A DNA stretch of 64,000 nt from Eledone cirrhosa. Its lineage: Eukaryota. The notes below the pieces were generated by a model. That model worked only from the letters and a program-made list of their open reading frames with translations. It did no database searches and was not told the origin of the DNA. The DNA lies in NCBI GenBank assembly GCA_964016885.1, contig OZ024743.1, forward strand, positions 238,328,001-238,392,000. Reading direction: 5' to 3'. Position 1 is the stretch's first letter. Every line of letters starts with the position of its first letter. Positions 13,561-30,069 of this stretch are shown piece after piece. The position numbers and the translations under genes are program-made.

Positions 13561-15063
13561 ATATATGTGTGTTTGCCCATCTCTTTTGGAAACAAAAAAT
13601 ATTCTCAGAGAATTAAATAACCAACTGATTATATATATATATGATAACTGGCACTTCTTCACAGGAGACGCGCATCTCTTCAACAAATTCACTTCTATCG
13701 TGAACCACTGCCAGCTGCAGGTTGTTGGCCAGTTTGATGACTGAACAGGCTTTGTGTAGGTCACCTTTTCTAGACGCTTCCCATGTGAGCAGTGCGTCCC
13801 TAAAAAGTACTGCTAAGATGCTCAAGACTCTGCCAAAGCATGTTGCTGTTCAGGTTAACAGCGCAGCGACGTTAGGATATAACTCGAGCCGCCCATGTGT
13901 ATATTTGTGACTACGTGCTGCTAACTGGTCGCGTCTGCACACTTTGCTACTCCTCCACCGCTGTGGGACTTGTGAAGAAATATCTGCACGTAAAGATGGC
14001 AATGCTACGTGCTTGTGCTTACACATATAGCACCCACTCTATACTCGTAGTTATGTGTCCAGTGACACGCTTAGGCAAGATAACAAGTCGGGTGGTCGGA
14101 GACTAAACCGGGTCCCCCACCAGACCCTGGTCTATCGAGGAGGGTAATTGGAAACCTAGCAACACAAAATCAAGAGCTGTCAAAGGGCGGATGCGCGCCA
14201 CAGAGTCAACGGTCATCCATTCCAACTATGGGTTAAATGGCCTCAACATTACTGTTAATTTTAGGTTTAAACAATACATATAAAATATATATCGATAATG
14301 TTTCTCAGTAAAAAGCTCAATAAACCTCTGTTCAAAGCATCAATAATATAATATATTTGTAAACGATATACGAGGATATATTAATTGGGAAACAAAGTAG
14401 TATATATATATATATATATAAAAGTTTTAATATAGATGAGATTTTACAGGACTAGAACTGATTCATTCTTTAGAAATCATCAGGAATCTGGCTTTCCAAA
14501 ATAAATGTTGTGGTATTTATATCTTTTCAGGTGGTAGGAGAGGGTGGGGAGTGGGATGGGTGGAGGTCATTGGTTGAAAGAAAAGGGAATTCATTAAAAG
14601 TTAATTCTTTAAGGCTATAATTTATATTTAGAGTGACAAAGGCAGAGAGAAGTACAGATAAACAAGTACAGATTGGGTGCCACTCCTTATTTTTAAGTTT
14701 CTCTTAAGCTAACAATGCCTATATTTCAGGTATCTATAAGATGGTTGGGGTCGGTCATGGTTAATGGATTTAAAGAAAAGGGAAATTCTTTAAAAGCTAA
14801 TTCTTTAAATCTCTACTTAGAGTGACAAAGACCAAGAGAATTCTATAAACCAGTTCAAAATATTGGGTGCCTATCATATCATTATTGTTATGTTTCTCTT
14901 AAGCTATATTCCAGGTGTCAAAAGAGACATTCACACACACACATATATATATATATATATAAATATACACATATACAAACATATCCAAACACATCTACAG
15001 AAATACCCATATATACACATATACAAAATACATAAATACACATACACAAATATATATATAATG

Positions 15064-15119
<56 letters not shown>

Positions 15120-15235
15120 AATATATAAATATATATATATATAAATATATATATAATATAATATAAATATATATATACATACACACACATGTATATATAT
15201 ACATATACACACATATACACACACACGTCCTTCTA

Positions 15236-15420
15236 TGTTGTTTACTTGTCCCCCTCGCCTTACGCGAATTCTGGTCCCAATAACTTTTTTTAGTTATTGC
15301 TCGCACCAACCTGAAGTATCTGATTTTTAATGCGATGAAATACCAATGATGGTTGGAAAATCACTGACGAAGGACTATTTTTATCATATGTAACCCATGT
15401 GCAAACCACGCAGTATTCTT
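15236..15420 (+). mobile_element. Single-arm copy of fold-back family B
   Basis: Matches the arm and tail of 58981-59334 and the fragment at 28072-28117. Confidence 0.7.
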
Positions 15421-15430
15421 CTTTCTTTTC

Positions 15431-15490
<60 letters not shown>

Positions 15491-15636
15491 AGGTGGTCCA
15501 AGAACTGTTTCAGTTCGACGACAAATCTATCGGTCTTTTGTTTCGTGTGTATCCTCAATAGTTTTACCTAATGATTCTGTGACGCGCAGCTGAAATCTGA
15601 GAGTAACAAAGCTCACCCCTTACCCATAATAAATGA

Positions 15637-15667
<31 letters not shown>

Positions 15668-15668
15668 A

Positions 15669-16165
15669 TAATTGTTTCTACTTTAGGCACAAAGCCAGCA
15701 ATTTTTGGGGAGGGAAAAGTCGATTAAATCAACTCCAGTGCAGTACTGGTGCTTTATTTTATCGACCCCATAAGGATGGAAGGCAAAGCTAACCTTGGCG
15801 GGATTTGAATTCAGATCGTAAAGGGGCTTAATCTTATGCCATACAGCATGTTGTTCGACGCTCTACCGATACTGCCAATCTATCGTTCTCTATATATAAT
15901 AATAATTGTTTCTACTTTGGGCACAAGGCCAGCAATTATCCCACTGCATTATTGGTACTTTATTTGGCAGTATCGGTAGAGAGTCGGACGCCATGCTTTC
16001 CAACATAGTTACGTCCCTTTACGATCTGAGTTCAAATCCCGCCGAGGTTGACTTTGCCTTTCTTCCTTACGGGGTCGATAAAATAAAGTACCAGTAATGC
16101 ACTGGCTAATTGCTGGCCTTGTGCCTAACGTAGAAACAATTATTGGTACTTTATTTTATCGACCC

Positions 16166-16168
<3 letters not shown>
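15669..16168. mobile_element. Cluster of tRNA-derived SINEs in both orientations (15669-15880 minus; 15964-16143 plus)
   Basis: B-box-like GAGTTCAAATCCC, core GCCTTTC.TCCTTACGGGGTCGATAAAATAAAGTACCAG, and 3' end GGCCTTGTGCCTAA..TAGAAACAATT. Same family at 43727-44256 and 55915-56005. Confidence 0.8.
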
Positions 16169-16206
<38 letters not shown>

Positions 16207-16207
<1 letters not shown>

Positions 16208-16394
16208 CGAGGGAAAAGTGGTAAGGAACCAGGTGGACCATAACGCACCAAAGTACTCAATACTTAGGGTAGTAGAGTGGGTAATAGGAGTAAGTAAGAT
16301 CCCGACGGCTGAGCTCAAGCCGTTTCGACGGCTAATTCTGTACAGAGTTAGCCGTCGAAACGGCTTGAGCTCAGCCGTCGGGGTCTTACATACT

Positions 16395-16398
<4 letters not shown>
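16207..16398. mobile_element. Fold-back family A (PLE terminal repeat hairpin) in (TA)n
   Basis: Arms 16285-16341 and 16342-16398 plus an unpaired tail. The sequence matches the 3' terminus of the PLE at 56330-58955. Confidence 0.85.
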
Positions 16399-16453
<55 letters not shown>

Positions 16454-16456
<3 letters not shown>

Positions 16457-16770
16457 GGAGGTGAGTTTTATTGCAGTACAATAAAGCAATGCAGATATCG
16501 GATAAGAAGCACTCTACAGTTTGTAGGACTGGAGTATACATAATATATAAGATCAAAAGATGGTTAAATGAGTTCCATGTATTTTATTATGCGCATTTCA
16601 TATGTTGATTTAAAACTGCACTATCCACAAGTGTTTTTAACCTTCATATCATGTCCTCCTATTTTATCTGATGAAAACACAAATGTTATTGCATGATGAT
16701 ATTTGTTTTTGAAATGCGCATAATAAAATACATGGAACTCATTTAACCATCTTTTGATCTTATATATTAT
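16454..16770. mobile_element. Fold-back family C with hammerhead
   Basis: Inverted arms plus tail; same family at 34846-35270 and 63737-64000. Confidence 0.85.
16662..16728 (+). ncRNA. Minimal type I hammerhead ribozyme (family C)
   Basis: UUUUAU-CUGAUGA-helix II (AAACACAAAUGUUAU..AUGAUAUUUGUUUUU)-GAAA-UGCGCA-UA-AUAAAA; palindromic helix III. Confidence 0.85.
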
Positions 16771-16860
16771 ATATATATATATATAGGTATATATATATAT
16801 ATAGGTATATATATATATATAGTTAAAAGAATAGAGGTGTAACACACAAGTTATTATATA

Positions 16861-18060
<1,200 letters not shown>

Positions 18061-18063
18061 TAT

Positions 18064-18315
18064 ATCTATCTATCTAAGGCGGGTAAAATTCCCGAGATCC
18101 ATGGACGAGTTCTCTCCAGCGGTCTCTGTCCCTCATTATCGCTGCCATATCCTGCATCTCCAACAGACCAGTGTCTGTCCTTAGGGCATCAACATATGTT
18201 AACCTTGGTCTTCCTCTTCTAGTGTGTCCATGTCGGGGCTCCCAAAGGAGCACTGAGTGCAATGTCAACTCTGGATGTCGGTGAGCATGTCCAGCCAACC
18301 TCAGTCTCCTCTGTG
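18064..18315 (-). mobile_element. 3' end of RTE-like LINE with short (TAGA)n tail
   Basis: AGHAHRHPE..LLWEPRHGHTRRGRPRLTYVDAL..MRDRDRWRELV is a typical RTE ORF C-terminus. Confidence 0.8.
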
Positions 18316-18543
18316 TTCTGGGTATGACATTAAACTACATCCAGTGGCAAGGCTCCAGTTCGGGAGTTCAGGAGATGTGGGGAATGTGGAGTTACTCCTT
18401 AGTTCTCATGACTCCCAGGTCTGCCCTGGCCCGAGGTGGTAGTACCTGTTAGGGCTCCATTTATGGGTTAAATAACTACCTTATTCGAGTGGCGCCGGTA
18501 AGGTATTGTCAGCCATGGAAAAGAAATATGGAGAGTCGATCTA

Positions 18544-18583
<40 letters not shown>

Positions 18584-18584
18584 T

Positions 18585-19171
18585 ATAAAAAGAGCGGAGC
18601 AAGCGGTTATCAAACAAATTTCTAAATAAATTAAAAAACGATTTAAATAATCACCTGTTCTATTGCTGTTACAAGTACTTTGTGCCTGTTGAAGTATTCA
18701 TCCACTTTTATAATTTTTCTACTTATGTAGAGAACAAAACGTTGAATAATGCTACTAATTTTAGTGGCAGTATCAACACGTTTATAATAAACAGCTATTA
18801 TCTGCGACCTGATTTTGCGTGTGTGTCATTTTAACGGCTTGACCGCATGCGTTGGGCAGGAAGCGAAATATTTACTTTCTGTAAGGCTGGCAACCTTATA
18901 GTATAGAAATAAGCTGTTTGAAGATCCATTTCTTTCCATTGGAAATTCTCTGGATTTCCAATATTTGGAATGGTGAAACCGTCGGTAACAGCAATAGGAC
19001 AGGTGATTATTTAAATCGTTTTTTAATTTATTTAGAAAATTGTTTGATAACCGCTTGCTCCGCTCTTTTTATATTGTTCTGGTATCTAAAATTAGTACCA
19101 TCGAACCACAAATATTATAAACACCTTGCATATTTCTACAAGTACTTAGTGCCTGTTGAAGTATTCATCCA

Positions 19172-19178
<7 letters not shown>
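18585..19178. mobile_element. Fold-back family G with hammerhead
   Basis: 18585-18671 is inverted to 18985-19072; tail 19137-19178 is duplicated at 18670-18711; flanked by (TA)n. Confidence 0.75.
18913..18992 (+). ncRNA. Type I hammerhead ribozyme (family G)
   Basis: GCUGU-UUGAAGA-long helix II (CCAUUUC..GGAAUGG)-GAAA-CCGUCGG-UA-ACAGC; perfect 5-bp helix I. Confidence 0.75.
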
Positions 19179-20380
<1,202 letters not shown>

Positions 20381-20395
20381 CATATATATATATAC

Positions 20396-20426
<31 letters not shown>

Positions 20427-20441
20427 CATATATATATATAC

Positions 20442-20520
<79 letters not shown>

Positions 20521-20533
20521 CATATATATATAC

Positions 20534-20566
<33 letters not shown>

Positions 20567-20579
20567 CATATATATATAC

Positions 20580-20640
<61 letters not shown>

Positions 20641-20643
<3 letters not shown>

Positions 20644-23490
20644 CTTTGAATAACTTTGAAATGTTTTGGCCAGTATTGGCCCAGGCCATGTCTAACTTAA
20701 TAGCACCACCTGGCGAAGTCTTTCAATTCAGGATTTGGTCACCATGGCCCATTCGAGAAGAGAATTACTGTTTGCGGAGACATATCCGGGTGTGGGTGGT
20801 TTGTCCGGGATTACTTGGAGGAATTTGTCCAAAGACTTCTTGAATTTTGTGTGGTCAGTTTCTGTTTTGACGTGTCCTGGTGTGATGTTGAAGAGAGCAG
20901 GGCCGATTGAGGTGAAATAATTGTGCCGTATTGTTGTTATGAGTTGCGATTTAGATTTTTGAATGGGACGGATAGCACGGGGCCCAAGCCTTGGGTGTAT
21001 CTTGAAGGCGATGCCAACATCATTTGGGCAGTGATGATGGAACATTTTCCACATCATGCAGATAATATAACGCTCACGGCGACGTTGGAGTGAGTAAAGT
21101 TTCAGGTTTTCTAATCGACCCCAGTAGTCAAGGTCTGACATGCCATCTATCTTTTTCGTGATTGCCCTTTGAGGAGCTTCAAGTGTCATGATACTTTGTT
21201 TCGTGTGGGGAGACCACAGTGGACAACAGTATTCAAGGTGTGGTCGGGCGAAAGTAGAGAAGAGAAGGATAATGGTGCGGGAATCTCTCGACTGGAAGGT
21301 TCTGAGGATCCAGGAACACATTCTGCGGGCCATGTCAACTTTGCTGCTTATATGCGTGGTCCAGCTTATATTGCTGTCCACGGTTACTCCCAAGTCTCTG
21401 ATGTTGTTAGATGCCACGAGAGTTTCCCCGGAGGGAAGGGAGTACGGGAGTTTCAGAGCATCCTCTTTTCCAAAGTGGATCAGTTCAAATTTGTCTTCGT
21501 TCAGTAACATGTTCTTTTCTGCCCATTGGGTAACAGCCAGTAGGTCTGACTGAAGGCTTATCCGGTCATCCACGCTATTGATGACCTTTTGGAGCTTGGA
21601 ATCATCAGCGAAAATTTTAATGTTGCTGTGTTTGATGATGTCAGTGATGTCATTAATATAGATGATGAAGAGAAGTGGGCCCGACACAGTGCCTTGTGGG
21701 ACCCCACTACTGACTTTGGCTGGGCTTGATTTGACTCCCTCAACTACAACATGTTGGGTTCTGTTTGACAGGAAGCTCTTGATCCACTGCAGCAGCTTTC
21801 CAGTGACACCAATATTGGACAGCTTTCTCAGTAGAATGTTATGATCAACCCTGTCAAAGGCCTTGCTGAAATCAAGGTAGATAACATCAGTGTTGGAACC
21901 CTCTCCCAAGGCTCTCAAAATGTCATCAAAGTGATGCAGTAGCTGCGTCAGGCAATCCCTTCCATTACGGAATCCATGCTGGTTGGAGTTCAGCATATTG
22001 TTACTCTCAAGGAAGTGGGTCATTCGCGATCTCACCACTCGCTCAAATACCTTAATGATATGAGAGGTGAGTGAGATTGGACGGTAATTCACGGCAAGGG
22101 ATTTGTTTCCCTTTTTGAAAACTGGGACAACAGACTGGGATAGAAGGTTTTCTGGCACATATCCAGCATCCAGTGAGTTCCGCCACAGATTGGCAAGAGG
22201 AGATGCAAGTTGGTGTTGACACGCCTTCAAGACACAAGCCGGGAACCTATCGGGACCTACTGCTGAATTATGCTTGATTTCCTTTATTGCCGCCAGGACA
22301 TCAGGGGCGCCAAACGTTATGTCCGATAAGGTGTAATGGGGAGTAACATCGCCGATACAGCCCAGATCGGCCATATCAGGATTGCTGAAAACAGAGCAGT
22401 ATTGTTTCTGCAGTATCTCACCCATGGTTTTAGCATTGTCTTGAAGAGTGCCATTTTCATCAATTAGAGGGCCAACAGTAGAGCCAGTGATTTTGTGTTT
22501 TTTTGCAAATGAAAAGAACACTTTGGGATTGAGTTTGATCTTCTCAATGGCCCAGGCCTCTTCAGCTCTTCTCTGATTGTTGATGAGGGACATTATGTTG
22601 TTTTGGAGGTTATGTTTTTTAATCTCTAGTGATGAAATGGCAGTCAAGTTGATGTGTTGCTGCTGACAGTATTTCAGCTTGTTGATTTTTTTGTTCGTTC
22701 TCTTAATTTTTCTGATGAGCGTTTTTCTATTTCTAGGGATTCTGCTCTTAGATTTGTTTATAGTTCTTAATGGGGTGTGTTTAGCACATATGTTTGTAAC
22801 AGTGTCCACAAATGTCTGCCAGGACTTTTTGATGTTAGTGGGTGTATGAGTGTGCGTGAAGGACCAGTCGACATGTGCAAGATCATGACTGATCGCTTCC
22901 CAGTTTGCATTGTGGAAATCCATAGCGTCAAACGGATGGACAGGAGAGATGACATTGGGTTTGTATATTGGACGGTGGAATCTCAGATCACAGAGAACCA
23001 TGTCATGATCAGAGAGTAGAGTTTTCTCCACTGCAATATTGTGGATATTGTCAGTGTGATTGCTGAAAATTAAGTCTAGGACGTTTTTGTGGCACCTCGT
23101 TGGTTCGAGCACCAGTTGGGATAGGAAGAAATCATCCATGAAGTCAAGAAGCGATTCCACAGCTTCCCTGTCAGAGGTTGAGGCAGAAGAACCTGGTGGC
23201 AGGCTGTTTGTGGACCAGTCAACTCCGGGGAGGTTGAAGTCCCCCATCATTAAGATGTTGTCAGGGTGACACTCTTGGATGAAACACTTTATGCTGTTGA
23301 GGCATTCCTTGAAGCATGGTACAGGCGTTTGGGGTGGCCTATAGAGCCCAACTACTAATAGGTTGTTGGTTTGACTGAATACAGTGACTGCTTCACAGTA
23401 TCCATTAGTGAATATGTTCATAGCCTCTGTTGAGAAAGAATTATGGACATAAATGGCAGTTCCGCCCTTTCTTCTGCCAGCGCGATCAGC
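20641..23490 (-). mobile_element. CR1-group LINE, 5'-truncated within the APE domain, embedded in (TA)n
   Basis: Uninterrupted APE-RT frame; short 3'UTR ending in (TTCAAAGTTA)2. Confidence 0.9.
20728..23490 (-). CDS. LINE ORF2 (APE endonuclease plus RT), N-truncated, frame open
   Basis: [54 protein letters not shown] and [10 protein letters not shown] motifs. The N-terminal MYIYI of the track ORF is microsatellite. Confidence 0.88.
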   Translation of the reverse strand, partial: ADRAGRRKGGTAIYVHNSFSTEAMNIFTNGYCEAVTVFSQTNNLLVVGLYRPPQTPVPCFKECLNSIKCFIQECHPDNILMMGDFNLPGVDWSTNSLPPGSSASTSDREAVESLLDFMDDFFLSQLVLEPTRCHKNVLDLIFSNHTDNIHNIAVEKTLLSDHDMVLCDLRFHRPIYKPNVISPVHPFDAMDFHNANWEAISHDLAHVDWSFTHTHTPTNIKKSWQTFVDTVTNICAKHTPLRTINKSKSRIPRNRKTLIRKIKRTNKKINKLKYCQQQHINLTAISSLEIKKHNLQNNIMSLINNQRRAEEAWAIEKIKLNPKVFFSFAKKHKITGSTVGPLIDENGTLQDNAKTMGEILQKQYCSVFSNPDMADLGCIGDVTPHYTLSDITFGAPDVLAAIKEIKHNSAVGPDRFPACVLKACQHQLASPLANLWRNSLDAGYVPENLLSQSVVPVFKKGNKSLAVNYRPISLTSHIIKVFERVVRSRMTHFLESNNMLNSNQHGFRNGRDCLTQLLHHFDDILRALGEGSNTDVIYLDFSKAFDRVDHNILLRKLSNIGVTGKLLQWIKSFLSNRTQHVVVEGVKSSPAKVSSGVPQGTVSGPLLFIIYINDITDIIKHSNIKIFADDSKLQKVINSVDDRISLQSDLLAVTQWAEKNMLLNEDKFELIHFGKEDALKLPYSLPSGETLVASNNIRDLGVTVDSNISWTTHISSKVDMARRMCSWILRTFQSRDSRTIILLFSTFARPHLEYCCPLWSPHTKQSIMTLEAPQRAITKKIDGMSDLDYWGRLENLKLYSLQRRRERYIICMMWKMFHHHCPNDVGIAFKIHPRLGPRAIRPIQKSKSQLITTIRHNYFTSIGPALFNITPGHVKTETDHTKFKKSLDKFLQVIPDKPPTPGYVSANSNSLLEWAMVTKS

Positions 23491-23546
23491 ACATATATAT
23501 ATATACATAAATATATATATATACATATATATTTATATATATATAC

Positions 23547-23599
<53 letters not shown>

Positions 23600-23600
23600 C

Positions 23601-23680
<80 letters not shown>

Positions 23681-23682
<2 letters not shown>

Positions 23683-23876
23683 CGAAGGAAATGTGGTAAG
23701 GAACCCGGTGGACCATAACGCACCAAAGTACTCAATACTTAGGGTAGTAGAGTGGGTAATAGGAACGAGTAGGACCCCGACGGCTGAGCTCAAGCCGTTT
23801 CGACGGCTAATTCTGGAATTAGTCCAGAATTAGCCGTCGAAACGGCTTGAGCCCAGCCGTCGGGGTCCTACTCGTT

Positions 23877-23880
<4 letters not shown>
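23681..23880. mobile_element. Fold-back family A hairpin
   Basis: Tail 23681-23759, arms 23760-23817 and 23823-23880. Confidence 0.85.
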
Positions 23881-23915
<35 letters not shown>

Positions 23916-23984
23916 TTTTACTCTTTTAATCTTTTACCCGTTTCAGCCACCCGGCTGAGGCCATGCTGGGGAACCGCCCTTATT

Positions 23985-25500
23985 GCTACACATTTTATCT
24001 CCAACCTGTATAGGTTGGCCGCTGGTGTAAGAGGGTGTTTGTTGCTGCTGCCCTTAGGCTTCCCTCGTGCCTTGCTGTGGGCTCATCCGGGATCCTTGAT
24101 AACAAGGTGTCGAGATGTTTCTTGAAGGCATCCACCTCCACGCCATGCAGCTTGTTGAAGAGTTGAGGGCCCTTGAATCCCAGGTTATTGTAATACCTGC
24201 TCCTTATTCTAGATGTGGAAGACGGGACCTTTGGCACCACACAGTGACGTCCTGTTCGACGGTTGGTCCATCTCCCACTGCCAAAGTTTGGTGCTAGTCC
24301 TTCCAGGTTTTCCACATGTAGATCACTGCGTATCTCTCCCGTCTTCGTTCCAAGGAATAGAGGTTCAGTTTTTTTAGCCTCTCCCAGTAGCTTGTCTCCT
24401 TCATCGAGGCAATCCTCTTGGTGTAGCTTCGCTGGATTGTGTCAAGCTCCGTGGTTAGACTGACACTATGTGGTGACCACAACTGGGAGCAGTAGTCCAG
24501 GCGGCTTAGGACAAATTTCCTCCATAGTGTCAACATGGTGTCTCGATCTCTTGTCCGGAAAGTCCTCAAGATCCAGCCAGCGAGTCGTCTGCACATTCTC
24601 GCCACTTTCATGATGTGTGAAGAAAAAGATGCATCATCGCTCATGTCTATGCCCAGGTCTCGTATCGATTTAGACACGAGGATATCGGTCCCTCCTGGTC
24701 CTGTGTAGTTGTGTTGTACTATATTTGTGTTTGCAGGTTTGTTTGGAGGTTTGTATTGTAGGGCTTGGAATTTGCCAGCATTAAACTGCACGTTGTTTTC
24801 TTCCTCCCATTTGTATATGGCATCCAGATCCTGCTTAAAAAGGGCAGCGTCAGCCGAGTTTTTGATTGCCTGTGCTACATTAGTGTCATCAGCATAGCTA
24901 GTGAGGTATATTGCTGTATGTACTACAGAGGGCATATCTGAGAGAGCCACCAAAAATATAGTGGTCCCAGGACTGTCCCTGGGGCACCCCACTTGTTATT
25001 GGTGTTTCCTTTGAGAGTGCCCCATTTGCTGCGACTGCCTGGCTTCTGTCCTTTAGGAAGTCATGCAGCCTACTTTTCCAGTTATGCCGAGTCCGTGTAG
25101 TTTGTGACATATCATTCCGTGGTCGACCTTGTCAAAGGCCTTCGAAAAGTCAAGATATATCACGTCCACATGTGAGCTGTCTAGTAGTTGTTTCAGTGCC
25201 CAGTCGTAATGATGTAGCAGCTGTGTAAGGCAGCTTCTTCCTGGGCGGAAGCCATGTTGCGTGCTAGTCAGGCGGTCATTTTCCTCGAGGAAAGTGATCA
25301 GTTTCTTTCTGACGACTCGCTCCATGACCTTACTGATATGCGACGTCAGGGAGACTGGCCTATAGTTTTTGGCCTCCGCTCTGCTACCTCCTTTATGGAT
25401 AGGGCATATTGTGCCTTCTTTCAGCTCCCTGGGTAGTACACCGCTAGCCAAGTAGCTTCTGAAGAGCATCTACAGTGGAGTTGCTAAGGCCCGCTTACAT
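23985..25500 (-). pseudogene. Second CR1-group LINE RT fragment, frameshifted
   Basis: [45 protein letters not shown] and YSLERRRERY spread over several frames. Confidence 0.9.
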
Positions 25501-25516
25501 ATTTTTTTTTTGTTTT

Positions 25517-25575
<59 letters not shown>

Positions 25576-25597
25576 TTTTTTATATATATATATATAC

Positions 25598-25958
<361 letters not shown>

Positions 25959-26714
25959 TAAAAGGAAAAGAAAATGCTGACAAATTGTTCCCAGTGAAAA
26001 ATAGTTTAATTAGGAATAAGTAAAAATTAGTAATAGTATTGGTTGGTATTCAGTTTTAGTTTTAAGTTTTACCGGTTGCGCATATATATATATATATATG
26101 TCAGGTCACCAGTTGGTGCTACTGGTAACATGTATCCCAGTACAACCTGTCTCATGGTCGGGTCGTTGGCGACTAAACTGGCAACCCCACCAAGTTTTCT
26201 TGGTGAGGAGGGTGACTTTGGACATCCTGCAGGACTAAAAACAAAACCTGTCAAAGGGCAAAGGAGCTCTTAAGAGTCAATGGCCATCCAAAATCACCGG
26301 GAGAGATGACCCCTTAGCCTTTGTCAAGGCAGAATTCTAGGAGAAGGAAAACTCTGATATAACACCTGCAACCCTGATGGTATCCAATGATGTTGACTTG
26401 TTCTTCGTTTTGGTAAATATCATCTTGGTTAAGAGAGTGGGACTGGCTTTGTGCAGTGCCTTTGCTCACTATAAAAGCTTCACGGCACAGGCATTGCTTT
26501 ATATCTGGAGATCTCTCTGCACTTGTCGTCACATGGTACCATGGGCCCAGCACTATGTGTCAATAATTGTCAGAAGTGTAGTGTTTGTACCAGAGTTTTC
26601 AAGTCGCTGGCTGGACTAAAACGTCACACTCGTTCAGCGCATCGGTAGGGTTCTCCTACATGGATATAAAGTAGTGGCCGTACTCGAAAAACGAGTTGGC
26701 AGCCACCATATATG

Positions 26715-26745
<31 letters not shown>

Positions 26746-26751
26746 ATACAC

Positions 26752-26901
<150 letters not shown>

Positions 26902-27169
26902 TTAAGGAAGTAGCTTCGCAACCTAGGCACTCCGATTTCACTCTCACTACGTGTCACACTGGGGTTGTTAAGCAGTGCCTCACGAGTGGAATTTTGTTGA
27001 CGGAAACGGTACGAATGCCACACACATATATATAAAATTTATGAGAAAGTTAAAGCTTCATCCATTTTTTTTTCTTCATTATTTTTTACTATAGAGAAAT
27101 AGACAAAATTTTAGCGCTTATATTATTTCGCTGATTGTTTCTAAACACACGATAACGTGTTAGGTGCAG

Positions 27170-27385
27170 TCTGCGTTCGGTGTCGGTGTTGGTAGAGTCG
27201 GGTCTTGAAGATACACGCGGTTAATCCTATATAAGCTTTGTTGGAGGTGTTCGTTCTCACGTTGCACTGGTAGATCACGTTACGTTCTCGGCATTTGTTG
27301 TTGAGAGGACACGTAGATCTATCAGGGCAGTTACACCTCCTGGTCGGCTCTCCACTGATGTGTAGGTTATTTCTTCCATAGGGGT
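27170..27385 (-). pseudogene. PLE GIY-YIG endonuclease fragment (Naiad-like)
   Basis: Reads CNCPDRSTCPLNNKCRERNVIYQCNVRTNTSNKAYIGLT; homologous to 58020-58210. Confidence 0.85.
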
Positions 27386-27399
27386 CTATCTTAAGATAG

Positions 27400-28029
27400 A
27401 ATTGGCCGAATACGTTTTACTAACTACTTATAGCAGACGTGTTAAACCCCTTTCATTCTGTACTACTCAATTTCTACAAGTTTTTTCTATTCTCAAGTTA
27501 TTAACCTGTAATTGTAAGATAGCATTGTGATTTTTATTATTCATTTCTCACTATCTAATTTTATATATTTTTTTTCTTTCTTTCTATTATCTTTTATTAT
27601 CTCCTACTCTCATTCGATCTACCTATTCTATAACCTCCCTCCTCCACTTCATACACTATCCTTAGAATCTGCTGTATACATATCACTTTCCACGCTTGAC
27701 CGCTCCACTCACACCCCTATTGTTCTACAGGCAAGTTCAGCCACCCCTACCTCCCACCAAATGCCATGATAGACTTATTTGTGTTTACAACAAATTTTAA
27801 CCAATCCTCTTGACAACTACAATCTCCCATATAAGGAAGTACCCCCTTGAAAAGTTCGACTATTTATTCACCAGGCTAAAAATTCTAATTTAGTCCAGAC
27901 ATAGCCGTCGAAACGGCTTGATCTCTGCCGTCGGGGTCATACTTTTTCTTATTTCCCACTCTACTACCCTAAGTATTGAGTACTCTGGTGTGTTATGGTC
28001 GATCTGGTTCCTTACCACAATTCCTTTGT

Positions 28030-28030
<1 letters not shown>
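27400..28030 (+). mobile_element. PLE 3' non-coding end with family A terminal repeat, inverted relative to the adjacent EN fragment
   Basis: Terminal about 190 nt match the reverse complement of 56330-56550. Confidence 0.7.
27843..27936 (+). ncRNA. Type I hammerhead ribozyme, U3-A8 core (family A)
   Basis: CCCC-UUGAAAA-helix II (CGACUA..UAGCCG)-GAAA-CGGC..GCCG-UC-GGGG; GUC cleavage triplet. Confidence 0.75.
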
Positions 28031-28076
<46 letters not shown>

Positions 28077-28114
28077 CTTCATCAGTGATCTTCCAACTTT
28101 CATTGGTATTTCAT

Positions 28115-28174
<60 letters not shown>

Positions 28175-28395
28175 TCTGTGTGTCCGCGTGTATGTATATA
28201 TGTAGATACATGAATGTGTTTGAGTGTCGGTATGTGTGTTTATGCCTGTATGTGTGTTTATGCCTGTGTTTTCATGTCTATGTGTGCGTGTTTTTTGGTG
28301 TGTGCCTACATATATTTTACGTTGACTCTAGTACTTTCTTTTATACCTTCATTCAATCATGCATGCTTCCATTCATATATGTATCTTCCTACGTG

Positions 28396-28432
<37 letters not shown>

Positions 28433-28527
28433 GCATGTATATATAAGTATGTATATGTATGTATATATATATATATATACATATACATACATACATATAT
28501 ATATATGTGTGTGTGTGTATATATATG

Positions 28528-28564
<37 letters not shown>

Positions 28565-29110
28565 ACATATATATAGTATATTATGTACATATGTCTATGT
28601 ATGTATGTGTATGTGTATAGGAAGGGGCCACACTTATAAATAAATAAACACCCTCGCTAGGTAAGGTATATATGGTGTAATTAACCGCAGCCGTAAATAA
28701 TACGCAATAAAAGGGGTTCTTATAAATAAGTAATCGACGTCCTTCTCTTATAATGTTTGTATAGTGTGACTTATCGGAGTCGTTAAATATACAACACGGA
28801 CATCTTGTAAATAACCCAACTTCTGTATAATGTGCTTATGGTGTGACCTAGCCTGCCGTAAAAATATCCACAGTGCTATTATTTATTTATTTGACACACA
28901 CACACACCCCCCCCCCCTTACACACATACACACATATACATATATGTGTGTGTGTGTGTGTGTGTGTATGTGTTTATATATATGTGTGTGTGTGTTTATA
29001 TATATGTGTGTGTGTGTGCATATATACATATATATATGTATATATGCACACACACATGCATGTATATATATATATGTGTATATGTATATATATATATATG
29101 TATATGTATA

Positions 29111-29166
<56 letters not shown>

Positions 29167-29485
29167 CTTGCAAACAGACGCCTACACACTCATTCACATG
29201 CGTATACATATATTATTTAAACAGAAGCATACATACACACATTCAAACAAACGCTTACACCACCCCCCATACGTATGCAAACAAACACATACACACAGTC
29301 ATACATACACATACATTCAAACCGACACTCTCTCATACACACACATATACACATACATGCCTTTACAGACAGACACATCATACATACACACACACAAGCA
29401 ACCCGACGCTCACACAGGCACGTACACATACCTTCATATAAAGACATAGATACACACACACACATTCAAACCGACGCCCGACCCC

Positions 29486-29519
<34 letters not shown>

Positions 29520-29666
29520 AGGTAATATATGGACTCTAACATCAAATACTCTGTTTTGTGTATGTATGTGTGTATATATATATATGTGTGTGTATGTATA
29601 TATGTGCATATGTATATATCTTCATACACACACAAACATTTATATAAACCTAATAAGAATACATAT

Positions 29667-29822
<156 letters not shown>

Positions 29823-29920
29823 GTTCATACATACATACATACACACACACATATATATATAATCACACACATACGTGTTTTTATTTGCATGTCTCTCTCA
29901 ATACATACACACACGCACAC

Positions 29921-29956
<36 letters not shown>

Positions 29957-29986
29957 TATCTATATATGTGTATTTATGTGTATTTA

Positions 29987-30024
<38 letters not shown>

Positions 30025-30069
30025 TGATAGAAAGAGAGAGTGTTTGTGTATGTATGTGTGCGTGTGAAT

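Noticed and set aside
14440-14492. Hammerhead-like CUGAUGA on the minus strand (similar weak motifs at 51970-52000 and 59712-59745)
   Set aside because: GAAA, the NUH triplet or helix I pairing is missing; too degenerate to call.
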